64,000 nt of DNA, taken from positions 33,728,001 through 33,792,000 of the forward strand of contig NC_043014.1 in NCBI RefSeq assembly GCF_006345805.1, in the 5' to 3' direction. The position numbers and the translations under genes are program-made. This DNA comes from Octopus sinensis (lineage: Eukaryota). Positions within the stretch are counted from its first letter, which is position 1. Every line of letters starts with the position of its first letter. Positions 40,268-54,644 of the stretch are shown here, in pieces. The notes beneath the pieces were generated by a model. The model was given only the letters and a program-made list of their open reading frames with translations, ran no database searches and was not told the DNA's origin.

Positions 40268-41950
40268 GACAACTTTAGGCCCATAACTCTGCTAAATGCA
40301 GAGTTCAAAATGTTGGCCAAGGTGTTAGCTACGAGGTTGGCTCTTGTCGTCGGAGATCTGGTAGGGGAGGCATGGGCACGTGCCATCCCGAAAACAACCA
40401 TCTACGATAACCTCCTCCTCGTGAGAAAGTGGCTAAAGAACCTGGCACGGGTGGGGCCATGATCAATTTAGATCAGTTTAAAGCTTTCGATAGGGTCGAC
40501 CATCTATACTTGGCAGCGGTCCTCAAGGCAGCTGGTTTCGGGTCTGTATTCAGGGACTGGATCGCTGCAATGCACAGCGACATCTCTTCAGTAGTCAGAG
40601 TGAACGGTCACTTCTCAGAGCCGTTCAACTTCATGCGCTCGGTCCGGCAAAGTTGTCCCCTCTCGTCTCTCTTGTACGTACTGACTCTCGAGCCACCACT
40701 ACACAAACTGGAGGCGTTGAGAGGTATCCCGCGTGACTTAAGATGTGTGAGATGCGTGTCGACGTATGCCGACGATGTCACCGAAGTGGTGTCGGATTAT
40801 AAACACATAGAAATGATTGACACAGCTCTCAGGGACTACAGGCGGTTCTAGGAGCGACAATTAACCAGGAAATATCAGTGGGCTTGCGGCTCGGCACCTG
40901 GAGAAGCAAGTCCATGCCGTCCAACTGCGTCGTTGGGCATAGGACAGACGGACCATTTATATTGCTCGGGGTCTGGTTCAGTCCGGACCTCTAGATGGAC
41001 AAAAACTGGGACGAGGTAACGTGCAGGGTGACTACTCTCACCCAGAAATGGGCCGAGAGAAATCAATCCCCGAAATGTCGGACAGAGGTGGCCAACGCTT
41101 ATATCACGTCCGTCATCTAGTATCACATGACCTTGTCCTGGCCATCGTTTGATTATGCTGGAGCGTATACTCTTTAGCTTCTTGTGGAAGGGACGCATCC
41201 CGATGGTCAGGCGGTCTATCTGCTATCAGTACCCGCTGCGTGGTGGCTTGGGCATGCCGTGGTGGATGATGCGCAGACATAAGCTGAGGCTAGGACGTCT
41301 CTAGTGCTTCCTTGAGGGTGAACAGGTGTGGTTGCCGTTCGCCAGACACGTATTTCCGCAGCTAGTTTCTTCAACGGAGCTGGATAAAACAGAGATCAAG
41401 GGTGAGCATTTGGAAAGTGGAATGTCTTCATGTGCTCACAGCCCTCAGCCAATCGGACAGTGCGATAGGTGGTACGTCCACTTTAGCTTTTTATAGAGGA
41501 TTAGGGGAGGAAAAGTGTGACAACGTACTTGGGGAGATCTTGGGTGCCGAAGAAAATCAGCTAGTCGCTCTTTTCCGGTGTACTTTCGGGCCGGGACCGA
41601 TATGGATAATTTCCAAAAATCTCTGGCTTGGCTACCGAGTGCTTTGCTTGTTCGAGATAAACTTTACAAGCACGGAAGTGCCGTCAGCTCGGCATGTCCG
41701 AGTACATGCAAGACGAGACGGTCCTGCATGCACTTGTCCACTGTCTGAGCATTGCTGACCGGTGGATTTATGTCGAACACTAGCTGTCACGTGTGGGACG
41801 GATCTGGCAGTCAACTGAATCTATTGTGAAGATCGCCACGTTGCCTTCTTTTAACCAAGAAGGAAAGGTTGTTTTTATATTATGGTGGCCGTGGCGAAAG
41901 AGCTTGTATGGTGGACGAGATTGAAGGGGATGAAGAATTTTCGTTTTGTC
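40268..41950 (+). pseudogene. 5'-truncated L1/Tx1-clade LINE ORF2 (reverse transcriptase) remnant
   Basis: NFRPITLLNAEFKMLAKVLATRL, LDQFKAFDRVDH, VRQSCPLS, YADDVT and FSFLWKG motifs, with stops and frameshifts. Confidence 0.9.
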
Positions 41951-42497
41951 TCATGCGATAATGAAAATTCCATTATTTGACTGGCACTTATTTTAATTGT
42001 CCGACCCAAGAAGGTCAAAAATAAACAAAAAAAAAAAACAAAACAAAAACTTAGCACTAGCGGGATTTGAACTCCAAACGTTACAGAAAGAAAAGAATAT
42101 TATAGCAACAGATTAAGTTGTTACACCACTCCTTGCCAACCCGCCATCCCCTATAATTACCAGCGTTACGAATGGAATATTTTATTTGCGTCTTCAAGCG
42201 AATTCCTAAGAATTTCGCAGTCTACGGTTAATAAAGAGGTCTTGATGGATTAAATCACAAGAGCTTCTTAAACATGTGAAAAAAAGGCAAGAACTACATA
42301 CAAACATTAGCCGAAAATAATTATCTAAAACTATATTGCAAGAGTATATACTTCCCTTATTAATTTCGAATCATATATATACACCATAGAGATGTGTGTG
42401 TTGGGTGTGTGTGTGTGCATTATATGTACGTATTATATATATATATATATGATATATATATATATATATATAATATGTATATATATATATATGTATG

Positions 42498-42564
<67 letters not shown>

Positions 42565-42711
42565 GTACATATATAATGCACACACACACACCAACACACA
42601 CATCTCTATGGTGTATATATATGATTCGAAATTAATTATGTAACCATGTGAATATGAATATATAAATATATGTATGTCTATATATGTATGTACATATATA
42701 AATATATATAC

Positions 42712-42742
<31 letters not shown>

Positions 42743-42763
42743 TATATATACATATATACATAT

Positions 42764-42856
<93 letters not shown>

Positions 42857-42864
42857 TACATATA

Positions 42865-42918
<54 letters not shown>

Positions 42919-43409
42919 TATATATATACATATAATGGAAAAGTGAATGGACACTTCAAAATAGAAACATATATTAAAATTTTACACGTAAGTGTAAATT
43001 ACGTATAAAAAGCTAAGTACGTACATGTATGTATGTATGTATGTATGTATGTATGTATGTATGTATGTATGTGAGTATGGGAGTGGTGGTGGAGGGGTGA
43101 TCGGAGTGGGGTGAGGTGATCGGGGTGGGGTTGGAGTGGTGCGCTTGCTAACTTGGGGTTTATATTTTAATGCATGTTTAAGAGTAGCAACTGAATATTT
43201 GCTAACAGAAGGCTTAATATTGAGAGTAGAGTCAAATATATCTTAAGATTTGTGTTCACCAGGACCTTAATTATCGCCTGGTGGGTTGTTCAAGCAGTCT
43301 GTGCGTGTTTGTTTGTGTGTGTCTGCGTGTGCATGTAATATATGTTATACATATGCATATATACATATATACGCACATGTATATATACATATATATATAA
43401 ATATAATTT

Positions 43410-43469
<60 letters not shown>

Positions 43470-43485
43470 TATATATATATATATA

Positions 43486-43520
<35 letters not shown>

Positions 43521-43692
43521 GTATATATATATATACGTATATATACATATACATATAAACATATATAAACATATATACATATCTACATACATATATATAC
43601 ACACACATACACACATATATAAATACATACATATATACATACGTACATAGAGAGAGGCAGAGATACAGGGAGAGGGGTGGGAGGAAGGGAGG

Positions 43693-43777
<85 letters not shown>

Positions 43778-44105
43778 ATGCATACATATATACACACTAT
43801 GACTGACTTGAAATGTCCTTGGCTTATTCAATATTTAATATAAAGCATACGGTAAAGATTCATATTCTGTTAATATTGCTAACAAATGGCGGTGCCCCAG
43901 CATGGCCACAGCTCATTAGCTGAAACTGGAAAAATCAAAAAAAAATCAAAAATTATTTATTTCATATCACATATATGAAAAAAATATCTATACTTTGTTA
44001 TTTACTATCATTTATTCTTTTTATATCGAAATTTAAATCCAGTTCATGTTGAATTACTCTATATCACTTATAAGAACATACATATTTGGATGACTTTATA
44101 TCTCA

Positions 44106-44495
44106 CTAGCAGTATCGCCCGGCGTTGCTCGGGTTTGTAAGGGAAATAACTATAAAGCATTTTTAGAGAGTTATAGCCAAAAGATAGCAAAAAAATGTAT
44201 TAAAAATGGAAAAAAATGATGGTAATTTTTTTTAAATCGATGACTCATCGTAGACATTTTTAGAGAGTTACTTCCCTTTATTTAAAAAATATGCGTTAAA
44301 ATGGAAAAAAATGATGTTAAATTATTTTTAAAATCGTAGACTCATCGTAGACACGCGCTAATACCCAGAAGGGCTCGATATGAATCACGACTATAAGATA
44401 CCCGCTTTTGGTTAAACTGCACCGCAAAATGTGGGAGTAGTTAGGAATCTAAATCGTAGGAGACAGACACACAACCTTACTTTTATATATATAGA
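44106..44495 (-). mobile_element. Non-autonomous Helitron (same family as 12153-12665)
   Basis: Minus strand A|TCTATATATATAAAA...cccgagcaacgccgggcgatactgCTAG|T. Confidence 0.85.
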
Positions 44496-44956
44496 TTAGT
44501 ACAGTGAATAGACAATTATATTTATATTATGGATTGAAGTCAATATAAATAGGAATAAAAGCGAATTTAAGACAAAGATAAATTTGGGAGAAACAGAGAA
44601 TTTTAAGTATCGCTAGCTTCACGCAAAAAACTTGATGCATTTAGTAAAGTTTAGAAGAAGCAAATTCGAATTGGTGAGACTTCTTTGGCAATAAAGACAC
44701 CAACATCTGTTGTGCAGCAAGAATTGTTCTACTGCGTAATAGGTTTTACCTACGGCCAACAGCTGAAATTTGTTTATATGTAAAAAGAGTGATGAACATC
44801 TTCGTGCATTTAATTACTGATTTAGTATAAGGTTAAACTTTTCTTAACGTTGACATATAAGTATTGTTTATATCATTAAATCATTCTGACGAATAAATCG
44901 CGTATATATATATATACATACATATACATATATATGTATGTAAGTATGTATGTATG

Positions 44957-44997
<41 letters not shown>

Positions 44998-45045
44998 ATA
45001 TATATATATATATATATACATACATATATACATACATGTACATGC

Positions 45046-45078
<33 letters not shown>

Positions 45079-45122
45079 TATACATATATATACATATATA
45101 TACAGACAGATATACATATATG

Positions 45123-45162
<40 letters not shown>

Positions 45163-45218
45163 TACGCATATATATACTATACATATATATTCATATACAT
45201 ATATATATAGATAGATAG

Positions 45219-45302
<84 letters not shown>

Positions 45303-45569
45303 TATACATGAGTGAGTGGACAAACGAAAGAAGGGCACTCAACTTATTTATTGAGGTTCAAGCGGGATGATAGTCGCCATTTTGAATTTGCTAACGAATT
45401 TGAATCAAACTGTTTTAATCCATACATCAGTTATATTGTGTGTTTTTTTCAAAGTAGGAAAGGATGAGCCCTGCAAATTCAAAAGATATCGATTAACAGA
45501 AAGCTTAAAGGACTGATTGTCAGAGTCCAAAGGAAAACAAGATGATGTTAGTGAGTTCCAGAGATCATC

Positions 45570-45850
45570 AGTTCAAGCTATTAGAATGAAAGGACTCGTG
45601 ATTTACGGAAAAGCTCAACAGAGAAATGATGCGTCTAGGAAAAAAAGTGGGCGATACTTTTAAAGGTCTTGACAGAGAGTACTAGACCAGAAAGTTTATC
45701 TGAGCAGTGATAATGGAAATACTTATAGAAGGGGCTCAACAAAGATGCATTTTGACAATGAGCTAAAGACTGCAGTTTAGTAGGCAGAAAAGGACCCACC
45801 CTATTAACGACTCGATTCTGAATTCGATCCATCATGTAAAGAAACTGAGA
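45570..45850 (-). pseudogene. CR1/jockey-group LINE ORF2 C-terminal fragment
   Basis: MDRIQNRVVNRVG...LQSLAHCQNASLLSPFYKYF resembles the LDRIQ...LQSLEHRR...LFYKY pattern at the end of CR1-group RTs. Confidence 0.6.
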
Positions 45851-46098
45851 GGAAAGAAGTAATTAATCGTATAATTTCATAATAAAATTTTAAGTAATAC
45901 ATTCTCAAAAATTAAAGGGAACACTGATTATAATGCAATTAGTAATACCACAGTAAATTGTAATTAAGTGAAATTAAAACTAAAATTATAACGGATTAAT
46001 TATAGGCGCTGACATGGCTGTTGATAAGGACTTTAGTTCTTAACCACAAGGTTTCGAGTTCAGTCCCACTACGTTACACCTTGGTCAAGAGTTTTCTG

Positions 46099-46142
<44 letters not shown>

Positions 46143-46478
46143 TTGTATGTATTTATGTATTTATAATAAGTTATAACGCAGTAAATTTTATACCACTGTT
46201 AGTTATAATCCAGTATATTGGTTTCAATTTTTGGCACAAGGCACAAGGCCAGCAAATTGTGGGAGAGGGCAATAGCTACTTATTTTATTGACCCCGAAAT
46301 GATGAAAAGTAAAGTCGACCTCGACAAGAATGCCGCTAAGCATTTTTCCCCGCATGCTAACAACTATGCCAGCTCGCCGCCTTTATAACACAGTATTTTT
46401 TTAGACAGGTAAATCATAACAGAGGTTAATAACACTTAAAACAGTAAAATCGCGACGGTAAAGTCTGCGATTTTTGTC

Positions 46479-47143
46479 ATGGACAGGAAGTTGGAACAAA
46501 GAACAAAATTGCGTTGAACTGGGAAGTCTGCTACAGAGACATTGAGTATGTTTCAGCAAAGCTTACGACGACGAGGCAATGGGTCGTCACGCAATGTTTC
46601 GAATGGCATAGAAGAACGTCCCTGGAAGAGGATGAGCGATCTGGAAGACCTTCCACGAACGACACTCCGGGAAATATGGAAAAAATTCATCAGCTTCTGC
46701 ATGAGGACCATCGGAGGGCAATCAACGACGTTTTGGAGCGTTTGGGTGAGGACGTTCAGCGAAAGTGACCGGATCTGTAGAGTCCGAAATGCACTCTGTC
46801 ACCGAGCTCTCCTCACTCGTGAGTTTCTCGCCGAAAACAACATAATATCGCTTCCTCACCCACCCTATTCACCAGATGTAGCGCCTGCGGACTTCCATCT
46901 CTTCCTCAAGATGAAAAAACAGCTCAAAGGTCGCGTTTTAACACAGTTGTCGAGATCCAGAGCGAATCGCAGAAGGCCCTCGACTCACTTACGGAAAACG
47001 ACTCCCAGGCCGCATTCCAAAAGTGGTAGAAATGCTGGATTCGGTGTACTGCAGCACAAAGTGAATATTTCGAAGGTAAAACTTAGCTAAGTTATTTTTT
47101 ATTAAACATAACTAGTCCGGGAACATTTTGGTACCACCTCGTA
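46479..47143 (+). pseudogene. Internally deleted mariner transposase with 3' TIR
   Basis: MDRKLEQR, GKSATETL, QCFEWH, DERSGRPS, PHPPYSPDVAPADFHLF and EYFEG motifs; ends ...ttttggtaccacctcg-TA. Confidence 0.9.
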
Positions 47144-49314
47144 TAACTAAATGGTAAATTGCAATTGTAAATTGTAACAGTAATTACAATACAGTAAATT
47201 ATAACATAATATATAGTAATTGTAGATTATAATTAATTATAATATTAATAATAACATTATCCCTGTATCAACCAAAGTATAGGATGTTGTTATACATCGC
47301 TGGTCACAATATGCTTCCTCCTATTGGCGTAGCATTCGAATGCTGCGACTCCACTGGTTTGGTAGGCAAGACAACATTCTCCTTGAATGAAACACCAGTC
47401 CGTCGCAGCTGAATAAACTGGAGCAAAGTAAAATGAAGCGTTTTGCTTAAGAACACAACGCACCGCCGGTCTTGGATTCGGAAATAGGATCTCACAATCT
47501 TGGATGCAACGCCCTAACCACTTGGCCACGCCATAAAGTATAACAATGAATCATAACATAATAAAGTATGGGACATGAACATGGTAACAGAATAAGCAAT
47601 ACCTCAGTTTTATTCAACATATTTGTTTCAAATTTTGGCACAAAGCCAAGCAAGTTTGGAGAAGGGGACAAATCGGTTGCTTCGACCCCAGTCTCAAACT
47701 CATATTTATTTTATCGATCCCGAAAAGAATGAAAGAAAAAGTCGACCTCGTTGGAATTTTAACTAAGAACGTGAAGACCCTAAGCATTTTGCCCGGCGTG
47801 CTAACGATTCTGAAAGTTTGCTGTCTTATTACTTAACAAATTAAATCATAAGGCATTGAGTCGCAGGTATGGCTGTGTGATTAAGCAATTCATTTCACAA
47901 ATCCGTAGTTTAGGGTTCGGTCCCGCGGAATGGTTTCTTGGATAGGTGTCGATCCGGTTTTAAAAATACACTGATGTTTTTTGGCATCTCATTTTTAAAG
48001 CGACACATTGGCAGAATCGTTAATGCGTCGGACAAAAATGCTTAGCGGCATTTCGTCCGTCTTTACGTTCTGGGTTCAAACTCCACCTAGGTCGACATTT
48101 CTTTTCGACCTTTCGAGGTCCCACTTTCACACTAGCCTCCTTTCTTAAAACTTCAGGCCTTGCGCTTACAGTGGAAAAGGTTTTTATAATTATTTACTAT
48201 AATTGATAAATCAGACATTAAATAATTCTTTTTAATTTTGGTACAAGGACAGTAATTTTGAGAGGAAGGGTATAAGTCGATATCAACGACTACAGCACTT
48301 GACTAGGTCTTTATCTTATCGATGCAGAAAGGATGAACGGCAAAGTCAACCTCGGCGGAATTTAAACTCAGAACGTAAAGAGTCGAAAGAAATACTGCAA
48401 AATACTTTGTCTGACGCTCCATGTCTTCCAGTTCGCCTCTGTGTATAATAGTAAATAATGATTTTAAATCTTGGTACAAGTCCAGCAGTTTTTTAGGGAG
48501 AGGGAGTTAGTCGATTACATCGACCTCAGATCTCAACTGGTACTTACTTTATCGACTCTGAAAGTAAAGCATGAAAGGCAAAAATGACTTTGGTGGAATA
48601 TGAACTCAAAACGTAAACAGGCGGAAGAAATGCTACACCTGATGATGAGGGTTCCAAATGATCTGATCAACAGGACAGTCTGCTGCGGTTGAGTACTCCA
48701 CAGACGTGCATACACTTAACGTAGTTCTCAGGGAGATTCAGTGTGACCCAGAATCTGACAAGACTAGCCCATTGGAATACAGGTACTACTCATTTTTGCC
48801 AGCTGAATGGACTGGAGCAACGTGAAATAAAGTGTCTTGCTCAAGGACACAACGTGCCATTAGGAATCGAACGCACGGCCACACGATCGTGAGCCGAATA
48901 CCCTAGCCACGCGCTTTCGCCTTATATAAGAGTAAATGATGATTTCAAATGTTGACACGAGGCCGGTAATTTTGGGGTTTGGGAGCTAAGTCGATTACAC
49001 CGACCTCAGTACTTGACTGACACTTATTTTATCGCCCCATCCCACCCCACAAACATAAAAGGCAAAATCGACCTCGGTGGAATTTGAAATCAAAACGTAG
49101 AGAGCCAGAAGAAAAGCTAAAGGATGCGCTAAAGATTCTACCAGCTCACAATACTTTCTACTTTGGGCACAAGGCCTGAATTTTATTGTAGAAAGCTTGT
49201 CGATTGCATTGACTCTATTGTTCAAGTGATACTTATTTAATCAACCCCGAAAAGATGAATAGCAAAGTTGACATCGGTGACTTTTACCCAGAACGTAAAT
49301 CTTGAAGAAATACC

Positions 49315-49547
49315 TATTTTTTTACTGCCCACAAGGGGCTAAACACAGAGAGGACAAACAAGGACAGACAAACGGATTAAGTCGATTACATCGACCCAGT
49401 GCGTAACTGGTACTTATTTAATCGACCCCGAAAGGATGAAAGGCAAAGTCGACCTCGGCGGAATTTGAACTCAGAACGTAGCGGCAGACGAAATACGGCT
49501 ACGCATTTCGCCCCAGCGTGCTAACGTTTCCGCCAGCTCGCCACCTT
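49315..49547 (-). mobile_element. Young SINE family B inserted into an older family-B-related copy, 16-bp TSD
   Basis: TSD atcttgaagaaatacc (49299-49314) and atcttgaagagatacc (49548-49563). Confidence 0.85.
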
Positions 49548-50161
49548 ATCTTGAAGAGATACCGCTAAGCATTTTATCCGGTGCAGTGAAGATTCTGCAT
49601 GTTCGCTGCATTATATAACAGTAATTAATTAAAGTAAGTTTATAAAAGTAAAAATACAACACGATAATTTATAACAAAGCCGGTTATGAAACAGTAAATA
49701 GAGATAATGAGTGTTAATTATGATACATAAATTATAACAGCAAAGTATAACCCAATAACTTGTAAGAGTTAATTATAATCAATTACAGTCTAGCAGTTAA
49801 TTAGAAGACAACGAAATATAACAGTTAATTATAGCTACGGCTAAGGTGAGGAACTGACAGAATCGTTAACACACCAGATAAACTGATTAGCAAGAGTCCG
49901 TCTCATTTTACGATCTGAGTTCAATTTTCGCAAAGGTAAACTTTGTTTTTCATCCTTTCAGGGTCGTTAAAATAAGTAACAGTCGATTATTAAAGTCGAT
50001 GTAATTGACTAGACACCTCCCACTAATATTGCTTTGTCTCGACATTTGAAACAATTATAAAAAAGCTTTTGACGGTTTTATACATACTTCAAAATCATAA
50101 TGCTATAAGGCTAGGTGTTTCCATTATTTTGTCCAACCCTTGTGTGTGTGTATATATATAT

Positions 50162-50447
50162 ATATTGTTGTATTTAGGAATGGTCATTTTGCCAGTTTAG
50201 CCAATAAAAACACACGCACTATATATTTGGTGTTAATTTGCTTCAGCGTTATTTATTTTTTACATTAATCTTAATCTTATTTCGGCCAGAGTTCTTTCGT
50301 CACACTCCTGTGACCGCATCAGTGGTCCTTTGCTTTCTTCTTTCTTATTTGTATGTCTCTCCTTACAAAATTAACACCAAATATATATAATGCGTGTATT
50401 TTAATTGGCTAAACTGGCAAAATGACCATTCCTAAATACAACAATAT
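50162..50447 (-). mobile_element. Penelope-like fold-back fragment in (TA)n containing a hammerhead motif
   Basis: Arms 50162-50240 and 50366-50447 are reverse complements; the loop holds a hammerhead. Confidence 0.65.
50284..50327 (-). ncRNA. Minimal type I hammerhead ribozyme, slightly degenerate
   Basis: Minus strand: GACCA-CUGAUGC-g-GUCAC-aggagu-GUGAC-GAAA-GAAC-UC-UGGCC. Perfect 5-bp stem II, 4/5-bp stem I, A9->C in the core. Confidence 0.7.
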
Positions 50448-50530
50448 CTGTTTCAACACACGATTTCACATCAAAAATCTTGCAAAACAAATATATAAAA
50501 GTATATATATATATATAATATATAATATAT

Positions 50531-50564
<34 letters not shown>

Positions 50565-51584
50565 ATATATTATATATATATATATACACATACATATAAA
50601 CGCTACATAGCATTAGGATAAATTAGGATTAAAAAAACGTGAACGTATCTCATTTATATTTGATAAATTTTTATTCTCACAAAGCAAGATATATATTGTA
50701 GTCAAGCTACATGCTTTTCTGACTGTGGCCAAAAAAACAGAAATCGACCTGGCCACCTTCAACGTTCTTTTACATTTTTCTGAGAGATCCGTTACTTATT
50801 TTTCTGACCATAGTGAAAATAGTGGCTCGTAGCTATTTATAGTACACCTAAATGCCAAACACGTACTAAACCAAAACGATCTGTTCTACATTGCATAATA
50901 GTACAAGCACTGACCATGTGAAATATGTAAATAGGAGCACAACACAATGCTAAGTTAAAAATAAAGGGATTACGGTATATGGTTTTTTTTCTTTTTTAGT
51001 AAACACATTTTAGCGACATTCCAAAAAGGTGATATGTTTTCATTCTACAGCCAGGAAAATAGCCACCAGCCAGACTGGTTTTAGTGGGGTTTCTTTCCAG
51101 TTTTTTTTTTTTTTTTCAAAGATCGGTTACTTATTTTCCAGACTACAGAGAGATTAGAAGCTTGGTGCACCAATTTGCATAACCGTTCTGCAAGCTAATA
51201 CTTACTTTGTGCCCGGGAATATCATGGCCTTCACTGACGAAGTTGTAAACCAGAGTGAAACGAATCTGGTCGAACTCCATGTTTTTTCATTACAGAAAGA
51301 TATGCGTTTTAACCCCAGTATCACCTTCATCACAGCTGGACTAAAATGTGTGTTTACTAAAAACACGCGATCTAAGTTTACCTTACATCTGCCTGTACCT
51401 TCCTCATTAACCTCCTCTGCATATATATAAATATATATTTGGGTGTGGTAGATGAGTTCGGCAAAAATTTAGATTCAGATGAATATGGTACTCAAGTATG
51501 GTATTATCCATACAATTTCAAAGTAAGGTGATTAAAATCAAAATAAGCAACAGGGATATCCATCCTTGTTGCATATTTTGATAT

Positions 51585-51659
<75 letters not shown>

Positions 51660-51853
51660 ATATATATATTAAATTAGAGATAAAACCACTATTAGGAAAA
51701 TCAAACAGTGAAAAACATAAGCCAACTGTTTGATTTGCCTAATAGTGGTTTTATCTCTAAATTAATATAATATAATATAATATATTTATACTATAAAATT
51801 GGATTTAATCCTAAATCTAATTTTTTCCTGTAAGTTTGGATTTATTCCCTAAT

Positions 51854-51897
<44 letters not shown>

Positions 51898-52134
51898 TTT
51901 CAAATTTTGGGCCAACGCAAACAATTTCGGGGAACGAGGTGAGTCGGTTACAACGACCCCAGTGTTCAACTGGTACTTACTTAGTCGATACCGAAAGGAT
52001 GAAAGGCAAAGTCGACCTCGGCGGTATCTGAAATCAGAGCACAAAGACGAACGAAAGTCCGTATTTTGCCCGGCGTGCTAACCATTCTGCCAGATCGCCT
52101 TATATATGTGCACATATATAGCTGTATATATATA

Positions 52135-52363
52135 GGGCGGTGAGCTGGCAGAAACGTTAGCACGCCGGGCGAAATGCGTAGCCGTATTTCGTCTGCCGTT
52201 AAGTGTTCTGGGTTCAAATTCCGCCGAGGTCGACTTTGCCTTTCATCCTTACGGGGTCGATAAATTAAGTACCAGTTACGCACTGGGGTCGATGTAATCG
52301 ACTTCATCCCTTTGTCTGTCCTTGTTTATCCCCTCTATGTTTAGCCCCTTGTGGGTAGTAAAG

Positions 52364-52367
<4 letters not shown>
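52135..52367 (+). mobile_element. SINE family B (full-length monomer)
   Basis: ggcggtgagctggcagaaacgttagc...gggttcaaattcc...cccttgtgggtagtaaagaaata. Confidence 0.9.
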
Positions 52368-52400
<33 letters not shown>

Positions 52401-52403
52401 GCT

Positions 52404-52451
<48 letters not shown>

Positions 52452-53629
52452 AGCCGACAATAATCGATGTTAACTAACACAAACCAGCTGTTTACGATAG
52501 ATCAGGTACATTGGTGAATATCAAATGACTATTGAAGCGAGTGGTGAGCATTCACGCTTCAACACGCCTGCAGCAATAATACTAGTTCGAATAAGGTACT
52601 GATATCTCCATCCTGTGTATCTGATAGTTAACACCAGCAAACGGAAGAAGAGGTAAAATAACAAGAGGAAATACCATTTCCTAAATTTATCTATGTTGGT
52701 TCTTAGCAGAGGCACAGGGTCGGATTGTTATTGATGTTGATTTTGTATAGCCGCGGGTTGGCCTTGATCCAGCAGACCTATAATCTAAAGTGCTCCTGTT
52801 TTTAACAAACATTTTAGCGCCAACCACCGTCAAACACTTCATGTATCACCACCACCACCATCACCATTACCACAACTAACACTACCACCATCACTACTAT
52901 GAACACCAAATATCACGACCACCATCATCACCGCCACCACCACCATCGCCATCACGGCCACTGCCACCACCACCGCCACTACCGTCACCAGCATCGCCAA
53001 GTTACTTTACGAAGTACTGTATTTCGAGAACTTTACTTTGCTTTCGCGAAGCTTTGTGCTTACGAATAGACAGATAAATAGATCGACAGATAGACAACCC
53101 ACAGCTTTTTTGTTGCATATGTATTATTATTTTTTCTTGTCGTATATGTATTTTTTGTTGTCTTCGCCTGGCCCTAAGGCCATATACTGTTTATTTATTT
53201 CGTTTTAATTTTCTTTCTCCTCACTCCTCCTTGTTTGCCCGTCTTATTTTGTTATGATTTAGTCGCATTTCCAGCAAGTTTTCTTGCTGGTTGCCTCCAG
53301 GATAGAAGCAATATTATCGATAATGGCACGAAATTGCACTCGACACTTTTGCCGTTAACTGATAAGGAATTGGTGACCTTCTGCATTTGCTCCCCGTTCG
53401 TCTGTACATTCAGTGCATTTAATATATGTTTTTCGGTCTTTTTGTTTATTACTATACTCATTTGACTTTTGAAAATATTATCCACGTAACGCAACGCACC
53501 CCTTAGATATTTACATATGTATAGCGATATGTTTGTGCTTGTGTCCAATTTCGGAGTTGCAGTCTGAAAACTGAAATAAATATATATCCATTGATTCCCT
53601 TGAGCAGGCTCTGGTTGCTGTTTAATATA

Positions 53630-53801
53630 CGAGGGGTGCTGAAAAGTTCTTGATCTTCGGTAAAAGAAAATACAGGAGGATATACACTTATTGCAGCGGT
53701 CCTTCAGTTTTTCTAAGTCCTGTAAAAAACTCGGAAAGTTTGACCTCCAACTGGGCCTTTCGCGACACCCTTAAAGTCAGGAGCTTTTCAGTGCCCACAC
53801 A
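53630..53801. mobile_element. Mariner-derived MITE (about 170 bp)
   Basis: TA-cgaggggtgctgaaaagttc ... gagcttttcagtgcccacac imperfect TIRs. Confidence 0.65.
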
Positions 53802-54447
53802 TTTAATAATACCTATCTTTAACTAAGTGCGTGTGTGTGTGTATCAAAGTGTCTGTGTATTTGTCTATGTGTGTGAGTGTGTATGAATGTGTGTGTGAGT
53901 GTAAGTACGTGTGTGTGCGTGTGAGAGAGAGGGAGAGAGAGAGAGAGAGAAAGAAAGAATGTGTGTTTATATTAATTGGGAAGTGAATGCATATATGCTT
54001 GTGTGTATATTTCTGTTCATATGAATTCTCCGTTGGAATGGAAACCAAGATCCACTTTATAAATGCATATTTATTTAACCTCAACCTATTCAAATCCCCC
54101 ACGCTCACGCTTCACCCCACCTCATCCCTCCCCGTCTCTCCCCCCTCTCTCACTCACTTGCTCGCTGGATAATTCACTAAACTCTAATACAAGGAAAGTA
54201 ACGACCAATTTATGTTAGGCCTGCTATTACGCACTTTTTACAATTCCCATTTTTTCCGATTTCCTCCTTTATATTTTGCACTTTTGTGATCTCTCTCTCT
54301 ATATATACTTAGATGTATATATAGTGACATATGCATACACACACACATACATACACACATACATACATACATACATACATACATACATACATACATACAT
54401 ACATACATACATACATACATACACATACACACATATAGATATATATA

Positions 54448-54485
<38 letters not shown>

Positions 54486-54576
54486 GTTCACACAAAACAT
54501 GTGTGAGAGAAATAGACAGAGACAGTGTGTGTATGAGAGAGAAGGAGTGTATGTTTATGTGTATGTGTGTATGTGT

Positions 54577-54644
<68 letters not shown>

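Noticed and set aside
51228-51275. Plus-strand CTGACGA...GAAAC...GTC hammerhead-like word order
   Set aside because: Stem II and stem I do not pair.
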